Position numbers and translations under genes: made by a program. Below, piece by piece: positions 51,288-63,749 of a DNA stretch of 64,000 nt. This DNA comes from Chiloscyllium plagiosum (taxonomy: Eukaryota). Under the pieces are notes generated by a model that saw nothing but the letters and a program-made list of their open reading frames with translations, was not told the DNA's origin and searched no databases. Every line of letters begins with the position of its first letter. The first letter of the stretch is position 1. The stretch spans positions 14,888,088 through 14,952,087 of the forward strand of contig NC_057749.1 of the NCBI RefSeq assembly GCF_004010195.1, written 5' to 3'.

Positions 51288-54200
51288 GAGGGTCACTAAT
51301 GAGGGAGTGCTGCACTGTCGGAGGGTCAGTAATGAGGGAGTGCCGCATTGTCAGAGGGTCACTAATGAGGGCATGTCGCACTGTCGGAGGGTCATTAATG
51401 AGGGAGTGCCGCATTGTCAGAGGGTCACTAATGAGGGCGTGTCGCACTGTCGGAGGGTGAGTAATGAGGGAGTGCCACACTGTCAGAGGGTCACTAATGA
51501 GGGAGTGTCGCACTGTCGGAGGGTCATTAATGAGGGAGTGCTGCATTGTCGGAGGGTCAGTAATGAGGGAGTGTCGCAATATCGGAGGGTCATTAAAGAG
51601 GGAGTGCCGCATTGTCAGAGGGTCACGAATGAGGGCGTGTCGCACTGTCGGAGGGTCAGTAATGAGGGAGTGCCGCATTGTCAGAGGGTCACTAATGAGG
51701 GCGTGTCGCACTGTCGGAGGGTCAGTAATGAGGGAGTGCCGCACTGTACAGGGTCAGTAATGAGGGAGTGTCGCACTGTTGGAGGGTCATTAATGAGGGA
51801 GTGCTGCATTGTCAGAGGGTCAGTAATGAGGGAGTGTCGCAATATCGGAGGGTCATTAATGAGGGAGTGCCGCATTGTCAGAGGTTCAGTAATGAGGGAG
51901 TGTCGCAATATCGGAGGGTCAGTAATGAGGGAGTGCCGCATTGTCAGAGGGTCACTAATGAGGGCGTGTCGCACTGTCGGAGGGTCAATAATGAGGGAGT
52001 GCCGCATTGTCGGACGGTCAGTAATGACGGAGTGTCGCACTATCGGAGGGTCAATAATGAGGGAGTGCCGCATTGTCGGAGGGTCATTAATGAGGGAGTG
52101 TCGCATTGTCGGTGGGTCAGTAATGAGGGAGTGTCGCACTGTCGGAGGGTCAATAATGAGGGAGTGTCGCACTGTCGGCGGGTCAGTAATGAGGGAGTGT
52201 CGCATTGTCGGAGGGTCAGTAATGAGGGAGTGTCGCACTGTCGGAGGGTCATTAATGAGGGAGTGCCGCATTGTCGGACGGTCAGTAATGAGGGAGTGTC
52301 GCACTATCAGAGGTTCAGTAATGAGGGAGTGTCGCATTGTCATAGGGTCAGTAATGAGGGAGTGTCGCACTGTCAGAGGGTCAGTGCTGAGGAAGTGTTG
52401 CACTGTCGGAGGGTCAGTGCTGAGGGAGTGTCGCACTGTCGGAGGGTCATTAATGAGGGAGTGCCGCATTGTCGGAGGGTCATTAATGAGGGAGTGTCGC
52501 ACAGTCGGAGGGTCAGTAATGAGGGAGTGTCGCACTATCAGAGGTTCAGTAATGAGGGAGTGTCGCACTGTCGGAGGGTCATTAATGAGGGAGTGCCGCA
52601 CTGTCAGAGGGTCAGTAATGAGGGAATGTCGCACTGTCGGAGGGTCATTAATAAGGGAGTGTCGCACTGTCGGAGGCTCAATAATGAGGCAGTGCCGCAT
52701 TGTCGTAATGTCAGTAATGAGGGAGTGTCGCATTGTCGGAGGGTCATTAATGAGGGAGTGTCGCACTGTCGGAGGGTCAGTAATGAGGGAGTGCCGCATT
52801 GTCGGAGGGTCAGTAATGAGGGAGTGTCGCACTGTCGGAGGGTCAATAATGAGGGAGTGCCGCATTGTCGGAGGGTCAGTAATGAGGGAGTGTCGCACTG
52901 TCGGAGGGTCAGTAATGAGGGAATGTCACATTGTCGGAGTGTCAGTAATGAGGGAGTGTCGCACTGTCATAGGGTCATTAATGAGGGAGTGTCGCACTGT
53001 CGGAGGGTCAGTAATGAGGGAATGTCACATTGTCGGAGTGTCAGTAATGAGGGAGTGTCGCATTGTCATAGGGTCATTAATGAAGGATTATCGCACTGTC
53101 GGTGGATCATTAATGAGAGAGTGTCCCACTGTCGGAGGCTCAATAATGAGGGAGTGTCGCACTGTCAGAGGGTCAGTAATGAGGGAGTGCCGCACTGTCG
53201 GAGGGTCAGTAATGAGGGAGTGCTGCACTGTCGGAGGGTCATTAATGAGGGAGTGTCGCACTGTCGGAGGGTCAGTAATGAGGGAGTGTCACACTATCAG
53301 AGGTTCAGTAATGAGGGAGTGTCGCACTGTCGGAGGGTCATTAATGAGGGAGTGCCGCACTGTCAAAGGGTCAGTAATGAGGGAGTGTCGTACTGTCGGA
53401 GGGTCATTAATGAGGGAGTGTCGCACTGTCGGAGGGTCAGTAATGAGGGAGTGCCGCATTGTCGGAATGTCAGTAATGAGGGAGTGTCGCATTGTCGGAG
53501 GCTCAATAATGAGGAAGTGCCGCATTGTCGGAATGTCAGTAATGAGGGAGTGTCGCACTGTCGGAGGGTCAGTAATGAGGGAGTGCCGCATTGTCGGAAT
53601 GTCAGTAATGAGGGAGTGTCGCATTGTCATAGGGTCAGTAATGAGGGAGCGTCACACTGTCGGAGGGTCAGTGCTGAGGAAGTGTTGCACTGTCGGAGGG
53701 TCATGATGAGGGAGTGTCGCATTGTCGGAGGGTCAGGAATGAGGGAGTGTCGCACTGTCGGAGTGTCAGTAATGAGGGAGTGTCGCACTGTCGGAGGGTC
53801 AGTAATGAGGGAGTATCGCAATGTCGGAGGGACAGTAATGAGGGAGTGTCGCACTGTCGGAGGGTCATTAATGAGGGAGTGCCGCATTGTCGGACGGTCA
53901 GTAATGAGTGAGTGTCGCACTGTCGGAGGGTCAATAATGAGGGAGTGCCGCATTGTCGGAGGGTCAGTAATGAGGGAGTGTCGCACTGTCAGAGGGTCAG
54001 TGCTGAGGAAGTGTTGCACTGTTGGAGGGTCAGTGCTGAGGGAGTGTCGCACTGTCAGAGGGTCATTAATGAGGGAGTGCCGCACTGTCAGAGGGTCAGT
54101 ACTGAGGGAGTGCCGCACTGTCGGAGGGTCAGTGCTGAGGGAGTGTCGCACTGTCGGAGGGTCATTAATGAGGGAGTGCCGCATTGTCGGACGGTCAGTA

Positions 54201-55925
54201 ATGAGGGAGTGCCGCATTGTCGGAGGGTCATTAATGAGGGAGTATCGCACTGTCGGCGGGTCAGTAATGAGGGAGTGTCGCACTATCAGAGGTTCAGTAA
54301 TGAGGGAGTGTCGCACTGTCGGAGGGTCATTAATGAGGGAGTGTCGCACTGTCGGAGGGTCAGTAATGAGGGAGTGCCGCACTGTCAGAAGGTCAATAAT
54401 GAGGGAGTGTCGCACTGTCGGAGGGTCAGTAATGAGGGAGTGTCGCACTGTCGGAGGCTCGATAATGAGGGAGTGCCGCATTGTCGGAATGTCAGTAATG
54501 AGGGAGTGTCGCATTGTCGGAGGGTCATTAATGAGGGAGTGTCGCATTGTCGGAGGGTCAATAATGAGGGAGTGTCGCACTGTCGGAGGGTCAGTAATGA
54601 GGGAGTGTCGCACTGTCGGAGGGTCATTAATGAGGGAGTGTCGCACTATCAGAGGTTCAGTAAGGAGGGAGTGTCGCACTGTCGGAGGGTCATTAATGAG
54701 GGAGTGTCGCACTGTCAAAGGGTCAGTAATGAGGGAGTGTCGCACTGTCGGAGGGTCATTAATGAGGGAGTGTCGCACTGTCGGAGGCTCAATAATGAGG
54801 GAGTGCCGCATTGTCGGAGTGTCAGTAATGAGGGAGTGTCGCACTGTCGGAGGGTCAGTAATGAGGGAGTGCCGCACTGTCAGAGGCTCAATAATGAGGG
54901 AGTGCCGCATTGTCGGAGGGTCAGTAATGAGGGAGAGTCGCACTGTCGGAGTGTCAGTAATGAGGGAGTGTCGCACTGTCGGAGGGTCAGTATGAGGGAG
55001 TGTCGCACTGTCGGAGGGTCAGTAATGAGGGAGTGTTGCACTGTCAGAGGGTCAGTAATGAGGGAGTGTCGCACTGTCGGAGGGTCAATAATGAGGGAGT
55101 GCCGCATTGTCGGACCATCAGTAATGAGGGAGTATCGCACTGTCGGAGGGTCAGTAATGCGGAGTGTCGCACTGTCGGAGGGTCATTAATGAGGGAGTGT
55201 CGCATTGTCGGCGGGTCAGTAATGAGGGAGTGTCGCACTGTCGGAGGGTCAGTAATGAGGGAATGTCACATTGTCGGAGTGTCAGTAATGATGGAGTATC
55301 GCACTGTCATAGGGTCATTCATGAGGGAGTGTCACACTGTCGGAAGGTCAGTAATGAGGGAGTGCCGCACGTCGGAGGGTCAGTGCTGATGGAGTGTCGC
55401 ACTGTCGGAGGGTCAGTAATGAGGGAGTGTCACACTGTCGGAGGGTCATAAATGAAGGAGTGTCGCAGTCTCGGAGGGTCAGTAATGAGGGAGTGGTGCA
55501 CTGTCATAGGGTCATTCATGAGGGAGTGTCACACTGTCGGAAGGTCAGTACTGAGGGAGTGTCGCACTGTCAGAGTGTCAGTAATGGTGGAGTGTCGCAC
55601 TGTCGTAGGGTCATTAATGAGGGAGTGTCACACTGTCGGAAGGTCAGTAATGAGGGAGTGCCGCACGTCGGAGGGTCAGTGCTGATGGAGTGCCGCATTG
55701 TCGGAGGGTCATTAGTGAGGGAGTGTCGCACTGTCGGAGTGTCAGTAATGAGGGAGTGGTGCACTGTCGGAGGGTCAGTAATGAGGGAGTGGTGCACTGT
55801 CGGAGTGTCAGTAATGAGGGAGTGTCGCACTGTCGGAGTGTCAGTAATGAGGGAGTGGTGCACTGTCTGAGGGTCAGGAATGAGGGAGTGCCGCACTGTC
55901 GGATGGTCAGGAATGAGGGAGTGTT
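51261..55925 (+). repeat. 33-bp minisatellite variant (gtcagtaatgagggagtgtcgcactgtcggagg)n, ~140 diverged copies
   Basis: Tandem units with a diagnostic AATGAG in place of ACTGAG. Confidence 0.97.
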
Positions 55926-55928
55926 GTA

Positions 55929-56085
55929 TGACAGTGCGGCACTCCCTCAGTACTGGTTTAGAATGTCGGGCTAATTAACCAACAATCCTTCTCTTGCAAA
56001 TAAAGTCAGGTCCAGATGAGTTTGCATTGCGTTTCTGCCTTGAGAGCTGTCTATGAGCGAATGTGTGATCTCACATACTGCATCT
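55929..56085 (-). repeat. Right arm of the 157-bp inverted repeat
   Basis: Reverse complement of 51131-51287. Confidence 0.95.
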
Positions 56086-58206
56086 GACTACACTGTTGGT
56101 GGGTTTGTAGAGGCTGAATGGCCTTCTCCTGCTCCTATGATCTTAGTATTTATTTCCTCCGGCAATCTGTGGGGATAAGGTCATGCACTAACAGATGAAC
56201 ATACAGCAGCCTCCTGAGAAGCTGAGTTGTCATCTCAGCTGGAAGACACTGAGGGTTACCTGGTTCTCTCTCCACAGATGGTGCCCACCTCTGGAGCTCT
56301 TCCGAGTTTGTTCAGATCTTTGGCATCTGCAGTATTTTGCGTTTGGAACTATTGGCCCAGATGTGCCAGTAGCTGCCAATCTGCACCAAATTAACCTGAA
56401 ATCTTGCTTCGTTTCCTCATTCCACAGAGGTTACCTGGCTGCTTCAGTAACTTTTTAAGTCACTGATAACTGTCACTGATCTTGTTTCAGAAAGTCCAGC
56501 GACTGATGGTTATAGAGGGATCTGATCAGCCTAAAAGCATCACACAGACACACACACAGACACAGACACACACAGACACACCCACACAGACACACCTACA
56601 CCCACATACAGACACACACACACACACACACCAACACACACACAGACNNNNNNNNNNNNNNNNNNNNNNNNNNNNNNNNNNNNNNNNNNNNNNNNNNNNN
56701 NNNNNNNNNNNNNNNNNNNNNNNNNNNNNNNNNNNNNNNNNNNNNNNNNNNNNNNNNNNNNNNNNNNNNNNNNNNNNNNNNNNNNNNNNNNNNNNNNNNN
56801 NNNNNNNNNNNNNNNNNNNNNNNNNNNNNNNNNNNNNNNNNNNNNNNNNNNNNNNNNNNNNNNNNNNNNNNNNNNNNNNNNNNNNNNNNNNNNNNNNNNN
56901 NNNNNNNNNNNNNNNNNNNNNNNNNNNNNNNNNNNNNNNNNNNNNNNNNNNNNNNNNNNNNNNNNNNNNNNNNNNNNNNNNNNNNNNNNNNNNNNNNNNN
57001 NNNNNNNNNNNNNNNNNNNNNNNNNNNNNNNNNNNNNNNNNNNNNNNNNNNNNNNNNNNNNNNNNNNNNNNNNNNNNNNNNNNNNNNNNNNNNNNNNNNN
57101 NNNNNNNNNNNNNNNNNNNNNNNNNNNNNNNNNNNNNNNNNNNNNNNNNNNNNNNNNNNNNNNNNNNNNNNNNNNNNNNNNNNNNNNNNNNNNNNNNNNN
57201 NNNNNNNNNNNNNNNNNNNNNNNNNCACACTCTCTCACACACACACATACACACACACTCTCATACACACACACACATACGCACACACTCACACATCTCA
57301 GATATACACACTTGCACTCACATACACAAACACACTCATACACACACTCACACGCACTCTCAGACACGCACATATACAGTCTCGCACATACACACATTCA
57401 CATACACACACTCACTCACACACACTCACACATACACACTTTCAGACACACACATACACAGTCACACACTCACACAGACTCTCAGAAACATACACTCACA
57501 CGCCCTCTCAGAGACACACACACCCTCTCAGACACATACACAGACAGAAACACACACACCCCAGATGGAGCGTGTGCATTCACAGACAGTCGAGAGGCCA
57601 TTTGGCGCATTGTGACTGCATTTGTAAAAGGAGGCAGCCTGTCGAATCGACCCTCCTAGGCCCTGCTCTTGTTGCCCTGTAGGTTAGAGCTGGCCAATTA
57701 CATATTCAAATACTTTTTAAATGGGAGTAAGGTTTCTGCCTCTCCCTCGCTTTCAAACAGTAACCACAGCATTTTGCATGCTCTTAAAAATGAAAACCGA
57801 CCGGGATATGATTAAACATGCTCGCAGCGAAGTCTCCCCTGTCAAGCTGATGAATCAAACAGAAGCCATTGCAATTCCACAATGGATATGATCTAACCTC
57901 GAGGGTCAGCAGTTAGCACCCACAGTGTAACACCTAATGTCTCTTTAACAAGACAGCTCTGAGAATCTCACCCTCCGCAGAAAATAATTGTGGGGGACAG
58001 GAGCGAGAGGGTGTCTCGAAGTAGGAAGGAAAGCTGAGGAATTAAAGGAAGGTTGATTCAGAATAAGTAAAGAGATTTGTGTTGGGGTCATTTTAGCTTA
58101 GTTTGGGAGTAAAACCAACAAACCCATGGTTTGGATATGTCGGCCCATTGTGAGATTGAAAAAAAATTATCAGATAATTGCACTGGAGTGTACATTATAC
58201 AGAAAA

Positions 58207-58450
58207 GGTATCTAACTCTGTGCTGTCCCTGTCCTGGGAGTGTTTGATGGGGACAGTGCAGAGGGAGCTTTACTCTGTATCTAACCCTGTGCTGTCCCTG
58301 TCCTGGGAGTGTTTGATGGGGACAGTGTAGAAGGAGCTTTACTCTGTATCTAACCTCATGCTGTCCCTGTCCTGGGAGTGTTTGATGGGGACAGTGTAGA
58401 GGGAGCTTTACTCTGTATCTAACCCTGTGCTGTCCCTGTCCTGGGAGTGA
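58207..58450 (+). repeat. 69-bp minisatellite, ~3.5 copies, same family as 37640-38105
   Basis: ttactctg at 58270, 58339 and 58408. Confidence 0.9.
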
Positions 58451-59061
58451 TAATTATCCTCAGCCTCAATGACCAAGGTGTTGGGGTGGATGTGGTGTGT
58501 TTGATGCTCCTCACAAGCACTCACACATGGGAACGTGAGTGTGGTATCATGTTGACTCAGTCTGTGTGCTCAGGCAAGTTGGGGCGACGTCAGTGATTTA
58601 AGGGAAATATGGATTTGCGTTTACATCACGCCGCATATGGCATGGGGAGAGAGACTACATTTGGCTCCATCCACTCACTATGAACCCAGCAGCCATTTTA
58701 TCTGAGGGCTGGACACAGTGGTAACGGTGGGAGATTTGAGCGGACTGATCTGCGGTGAGTATTTTAGTTACTGGGCGAAGATGCAAGTGATTCGGAGACA
58801 CTGTCTCGTGGTAAATCACACACAAGGCACCCTGTAGCCAGGCTCTGATGGTGATTAGTGATGTCTCCCAGACAGAGTGGGAAAGGCTAATCCTCCCTCT
58901 CACTCACCAGTATACCACATTGTCATAGCAACCACACACACCTCTGCTCAACCGAAAAGGAGCAGCTATTCAAAATAAGGGGCTATTTGGAAGGTTTCTG
59001 TGCAGACGTCAATCTAGGTTGGGAGTTCAGGGTTTCGTGTCCTGGGCGGCACTTAGACCTC

Positions 59062-59265
59062 AAAGTCAGGTTACCATAGGCCCAGTCTCTGTCCTAAAGG
59101 GAGAGGGGGCTGGTGGTGGTTTAACCTGAGGGTCAACATGCCTCAGGCAAGGGCAGAGATTGAGAAGGAGAATCCTTTGTGGTGACCCCAGCCCTGCGCA
59201 GGAATTGAACCCAAGCTCTTTGACATCGTTCTGCATTGCAAAACCAGCTGTCCGGCCAACTGACT
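59062..59265 (-). mobile_element. tRNA-derived SINE
   Basis: Minus-strand head gtcagttggccggacagctggtttgc...gggttcaattcct with A/B-box-like motifs. Confidence 0.6.
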
Positions 59266-60085
59266 TTCTTGATCCCAAGCACTCCAACAAAGACACAGTT
59301 TCAATTGGCTTGTTGTTTGTGGGTGCTTGCTGTGCATAAAATGGCTGCCTTCTTGGCTATGTTCGAACAATGGCGACACTCCAGCCCCACATCCTGGGCT
59401 GTAAAAACACTTTGACCCCGGTCCGAATGGCTGACTCGGAGCTTGTCCAGTGATCACAACCTGATGACAGATTTATCCTTTGTCATTCTGGTGATAACCA
59501 GATTAGACTGATGACATTGTTAGACTTCATTCAAACATTGCGTGAAAAACACACAAAAAAAGAGTGAACAATTGAAGTTACGTCCAATTTTCTTTTTAAA
59601 GAACCAATTAGATGTTGAAACCCCGGAAGAACTTATCGCTCCACCCCATACCTGCATTTTGGTCAATCAGACCATAAGGCTGTGCTCCTTCTCCCAGCTC
59701 CCAAGCAGAAACTGAGGCATGAGGATCTGGTACAGAGATCAGACAGTGCTGGCCTAAGGTAATGGGTGAGGTCCTATGCTTGGAGTCAGTGGACTGGCCC
59801 ATATTCAAGAACTCAGTGGCCAACCAAAATGAATGTGCCACAACTATCACAGACTTCCTCAGTAAGTGTGTCGAGGGCTGTGTGCCAAAGAAGTTACTCA
59901 GAGTGTTCCCCAACTGGAAACCATGGACAAACCAGGAGATCCACTCCCCACTGAAGCCCAGGTCTGAGGTGTACAAGTCGGGTGACCCTGACCTATACAG
60001 GAAATCCAGGTACGACCTTCACAAAGGCATCAGAGACTGAACTAGGGTTGTTGTGATTCTGTTCGCCGAGCTGGGAATTTGTGTT

Positions 60086-60125
60086 GCAGACGTTTCGTCC
60101 CCTGTCTAGGTGACATCCTCAGTGC
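60086..60125 (-). ncRNA. Minimal type I hammerhead ribozyme motif (Penelope-associated)
   Basis: GCA-CUGAGGA-U-GUCACCU-agac-AGGGGAC-GAAAC-GUC-UGC: core CUGANGA/GAAA/GUC, stem II with one mismatch, 3-bp stem I and palindromic ACGU helix III. Confidence 0.7.
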
Positions 60126-60416
60126 TTGGGAGCCTCCTGTGAAGCGCTTCTGTGATGTTTCCTCCGGCATTTATAGTGGTTTGTCTCTGCTGCTTCCGGT
60201 TGTCAGTTCCAGCTGTCCGCTGTAGTGGCCGGTATATTGGGTCCAAGTCGATGTGTTTGTGATAGAATCTGTGGATGAGTGCCATGCCTCTAGGAATTCC
60301 CTGGCTGTTCTCTGTTTGGCTTGTCCTATTATAGTAGTGTTGTCCCAGTCGAACTCACATGCAGATGACAAGCAACATGAGTTCGACTGGGACAATATTA
60401 CTATTATAGGACAAGC

Positions 60417-60576
60417 TGAAAATGTGTTGCTGGAAAAGCGCAGCAGGTCATTCCTGAAGATGGGCTCATGCCCGAAACGTCGATTCTCCTGCTCCTTGGA
60501 TGCTGCCTGACCTGCTGCGTTTTCCAGCAACACATTTTCAGCTCTGATCTCCAGCATCTGCAGTCCTCACTTTCTC
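60417..60576 (+). mobile_element. Short Penelope-derived element (same family as 18205-18400) with a hammerhead core and 16-bp TSD
   Basis: ctattatagga(c/a)aagc at 60401-60416 and 60577-60592; CTGAAGA-T-GGGC-tcat-GCCC-GAAAC-GTC at 60454-60481. Confidence 0.85.
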
Positions 60577-63500
60577 CTATTATAGGAAAAGCCAAACAGA
60601 GAACAGCCAGGGAATTCCTAGAGGCATGGCACTCATCCACAGATTCAATCAATAAGCACATCAACCTGGACCCAATATACCAGCCACTGCAGCGGACAGC
60701 TTGAACTGACAACCGGAAGCAGCAGAGACAAACCACTACAAATGCCAGAGGAAAGATCACAGAAGCGCTTCACAGGAGGCTCCCAAGCACTGAGGATGTC
60801 ACCGAGACAGGGGACAAAACGTCTGCAACACAAATTCGCAGCTCGGCGAACAGAACCACAACAACGAGCACCCGAGCTACAAATCTTCTCACAAACTTTG
60901 AACTGAAGTAGAGTCCCAGACTGACTTTACGAACACACCATCGACTGTGGCAAGGCTCACACAATATAATGGCTACAAAGTCAATTTGAATAGAATCACT
61001 GACAACAATCCATCCCTCCCCAGTGAGCTCAATGCATTCTCTGCTCGTTTTGAACAACAAGTCAATGGAATGATGTCACTTTACCCCGACAGCCTCAGGT
61101 GCCCCTGTACCCACAGTCATTGCTGCCGGGGTCAGATCAGCCTACTCGAGGGTCAACCTACAGAAGGGGACTGGCCCAAATGGAGTCCTGGGGTGTGCAC
61201 TCAGATCCTGCACAGACCAGGTGGTGGGAGTGTTTGCAGACATCTTTACCCTCTCCTTACTCCAATGTGAGGTTCCCAACCGCTTCAAGAAGAACCTCAC
61301 CATCATCCTGGTGCCAAAGGAAGACCAGGCAGCTTGCCTTAATGCCTACCGCCCAGTAGCTTTGACACACAGAGGCTAGTCATGGCCCACCCCAACTCCA
61401 GCCTCCCAGACTGCCTTGATCCACTACAATCCCCCTACAATAGGTCCACAGAAGGCAACATCTCCCTGGCTCTACACTCATCACTGGACATCTGGAAAAC
61501 AAGGACACCTATTGGCTCTAGCTCTGCCTTCAACATCATAATTCCAACAAAGCTCATCTCCAAACTCCAAGAGCTAGGACTCTGCTTCCCCCTCTACAAC
61601 TGGATCCTCGACTTCCTGACCAACAGACTACAGTCAGTAAGGATAAGCAATAATCCTCCACAATAATCCTCACTACCGGTGCCCCGCAAGGATGTGCACT
61701 AGGCGTCCTACTATACCTCTTATACAAACATGACCATGTGGCCAAACTCAGCTGTAATTTCATTCTCAATATTGGTGATGACATCACCTTATTGGGTTGG
61801 AACTTAAGTAACAAGATGGAGCACCGGAATGAGATAGGGAGCTTAGCAGTGTGGTGTAAGGACAACCTCTCCCTCAATGTCAGCAAAATAAAGGAGTTGG
61901 TCATTGACTTCAGGGAGCGGAGTGGAGGACATACCCCTGTCTGTATCAATGGGGCTGAACTAGAGGTGGTCAAGAGCTTCAAGTTCCAAGGAGAAAATAT
62001 CACCCACAATCTATCTTGGTCTATCCACATTGATGCTACAGTCAAGAAAGTACACCAACGCCTCTCCTTCCTCAGATGGAAGTCAGCATGTCCACAAAGA
62101 CTCTTGCTAAGTTTTATAGATGCACTAAAGAAAGCATTTTACCGGGATGCATCACAGCTTGGTATGGCAACTGCTCTGCCCAGAACCATAACAAACTACC
62201 AAGAGTCATGAGCACAGCCCAGCCCATCACGTGAACTAGCTTTCCATCCATTGACTCTGTCTGCACTTCCCTCTGCCTTGGAAAAGTAACCAACCTAATC
62301 AAGGACGCCCCCCCACCCCGGTTATACTCTCTTCCACCCTCCTCCAGAAGGTACAAAAGTCTGAAAACATGTACCAACATATCCCAATAGATTCAAGAAC
62401 AGCTTCTTCCCCGCTGTTATCAGACTTATGAACAGACCGCTCATATATTAGAGTTGATCCTTCTCTGCACCTTCTCTGTAGCTGTAACACTATATTCTGC
62501 ACTCTGTTCTATTACTTATGTAATTACTATGTAATTTGCCCCGATAGCACACAAAACAAAACTTTTCACTGCATCTTGGTATATGTGACAATAATAAATC
62601 AAATCAAATCATAAGTGGAAATAGATTATTGCTATTTGTGAAATGCAGTGATATAAGTGCAGCAAGCCCTACATTGACATATTCGCCATTGCAGTTTGAT
62701 AATCATCTCCCTCTAAGGGTTCATTCAAAACTCTGGTTCAGGAAAATAATCGAGTCAAGTACTTGCTTAGATGGTGGGTAAATGTAGTTGCAGGTATTTC
62801 ATCGTCCCTGGTTAGTAAGATGGTGGCTCTATGTTTGACAAGCCCACAGGTGCTGCTGCTGGGTTTAGAGGCAAAGAAATCCACAGAACACAATCTGTCT
62901 TGGGTAAGGCACATCGCAGATCTGGCAGTGTCCCTGATGTCCACACAGTGTTCCTCTTAGACCAGATGAGCCTCAGGTTTCTTTGTTTAACCTTTTATTC
63001 TTACACGCACATATCAAGAAGATAGTGTACAGCTCAAATACTTTTGCAAGAACAAAGGTTTATATTATTTTTATAGATAACTATTGCAGGTAACTCACCC
63101 TCCCATTCCCACCCTATCATCATTCACATTCCAAGTTAGTAAGTTGAAATGTACCACAAACACCATTTCAGCAAGGCTGTGGGTCTTTGGCTCTTTAATA
63201 ATTATCCAGGGAAGTGTGCCCGCTCACTCTAAGCTGTGACCCTTTCACATTAAGATTGATTTCCTGGATCAGTTCCGTTTGCCATGCAGACTAATTCCAA
63301 GATCCAGAAACACATCATCTTCTTCACTGGGTAGCTTAGGTATTCAGCACTTAATAAAACAAAACTTAGTAGCTTGTGCACTGTTTGTACAGGGAGACAG
63401 ATAGACACATATACACACATACACAGTCTCTCATACAACTCGCTCATTCACACACACACGCGAATAAAATCACACACAGTCACAGACATTCTGTCTCACA

Positions 63501-63749
63501 CACAACACATGCACACACAGTCTCTCTCTCACACACACACACTCACAGATACTCTCTCTCACACACTCGCCACTCACACATGCACACAATTACATGATTC
63601 ACAAGACACATATAAACATAACATATACAGAGACATCTCCATATAAACACGCAAAGAGATGTGTACCTATAAAGGACAAACACACAACACATATACAAAG
63701 TTACACACACTGTCGCTGATACATATATATGCACACAAACACACACCTG

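Larger units (their letters stand above)
60046..60901 (+). mobile_element. Penelope-like element 3' fragment with an inverted 5' duplicate
   Basis: HEFDWDNITIIGQA..AKQRTAREFLEAWHSSTDSINKHINLDPIYQPL, recalled as the C-terminus of the Penelope GIY-YIG region; 60046-60357 is the reverse complement of the right part; flanked by actgaa(c/g)tag. Confidence 0.85.
59750..62610 (+). mobile_element. Decayed Rex1/Babar-type LINE (RT region to 3' tail), interrupted at 60046-60901
   Basis: FPNWKPW, LNAYRPVALT, LDPLQ, SSAFNIIIP, TGAPQG, IGDDITL (YADD-equivalent) and LSLNVSKIKELVIDFR in shifting frames; aataaatcaaatcaaatc tail. Confidence 0.88.

Noticed and set aside
3376..55925. Palindromic 33-bp repeats superficially like CRISPR repeats
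   Set aside because: Head-to-tail units with no unique spacers, no cas genes, and a vertebrate context.
51238..55974. Long ORFs with 11-aa repeats (RECRTVGGSVM / EGVSHCRRVSN)
   Set aside because: Translations of the 33-bp minisatellite, open in several frames on both strands and switching frame at indels. The same applies at 3401-4540 and 11780-13013.
14523..57615. ORFs containing long runs of X
   Set aside because: Artefacts of translating through N-gaps.
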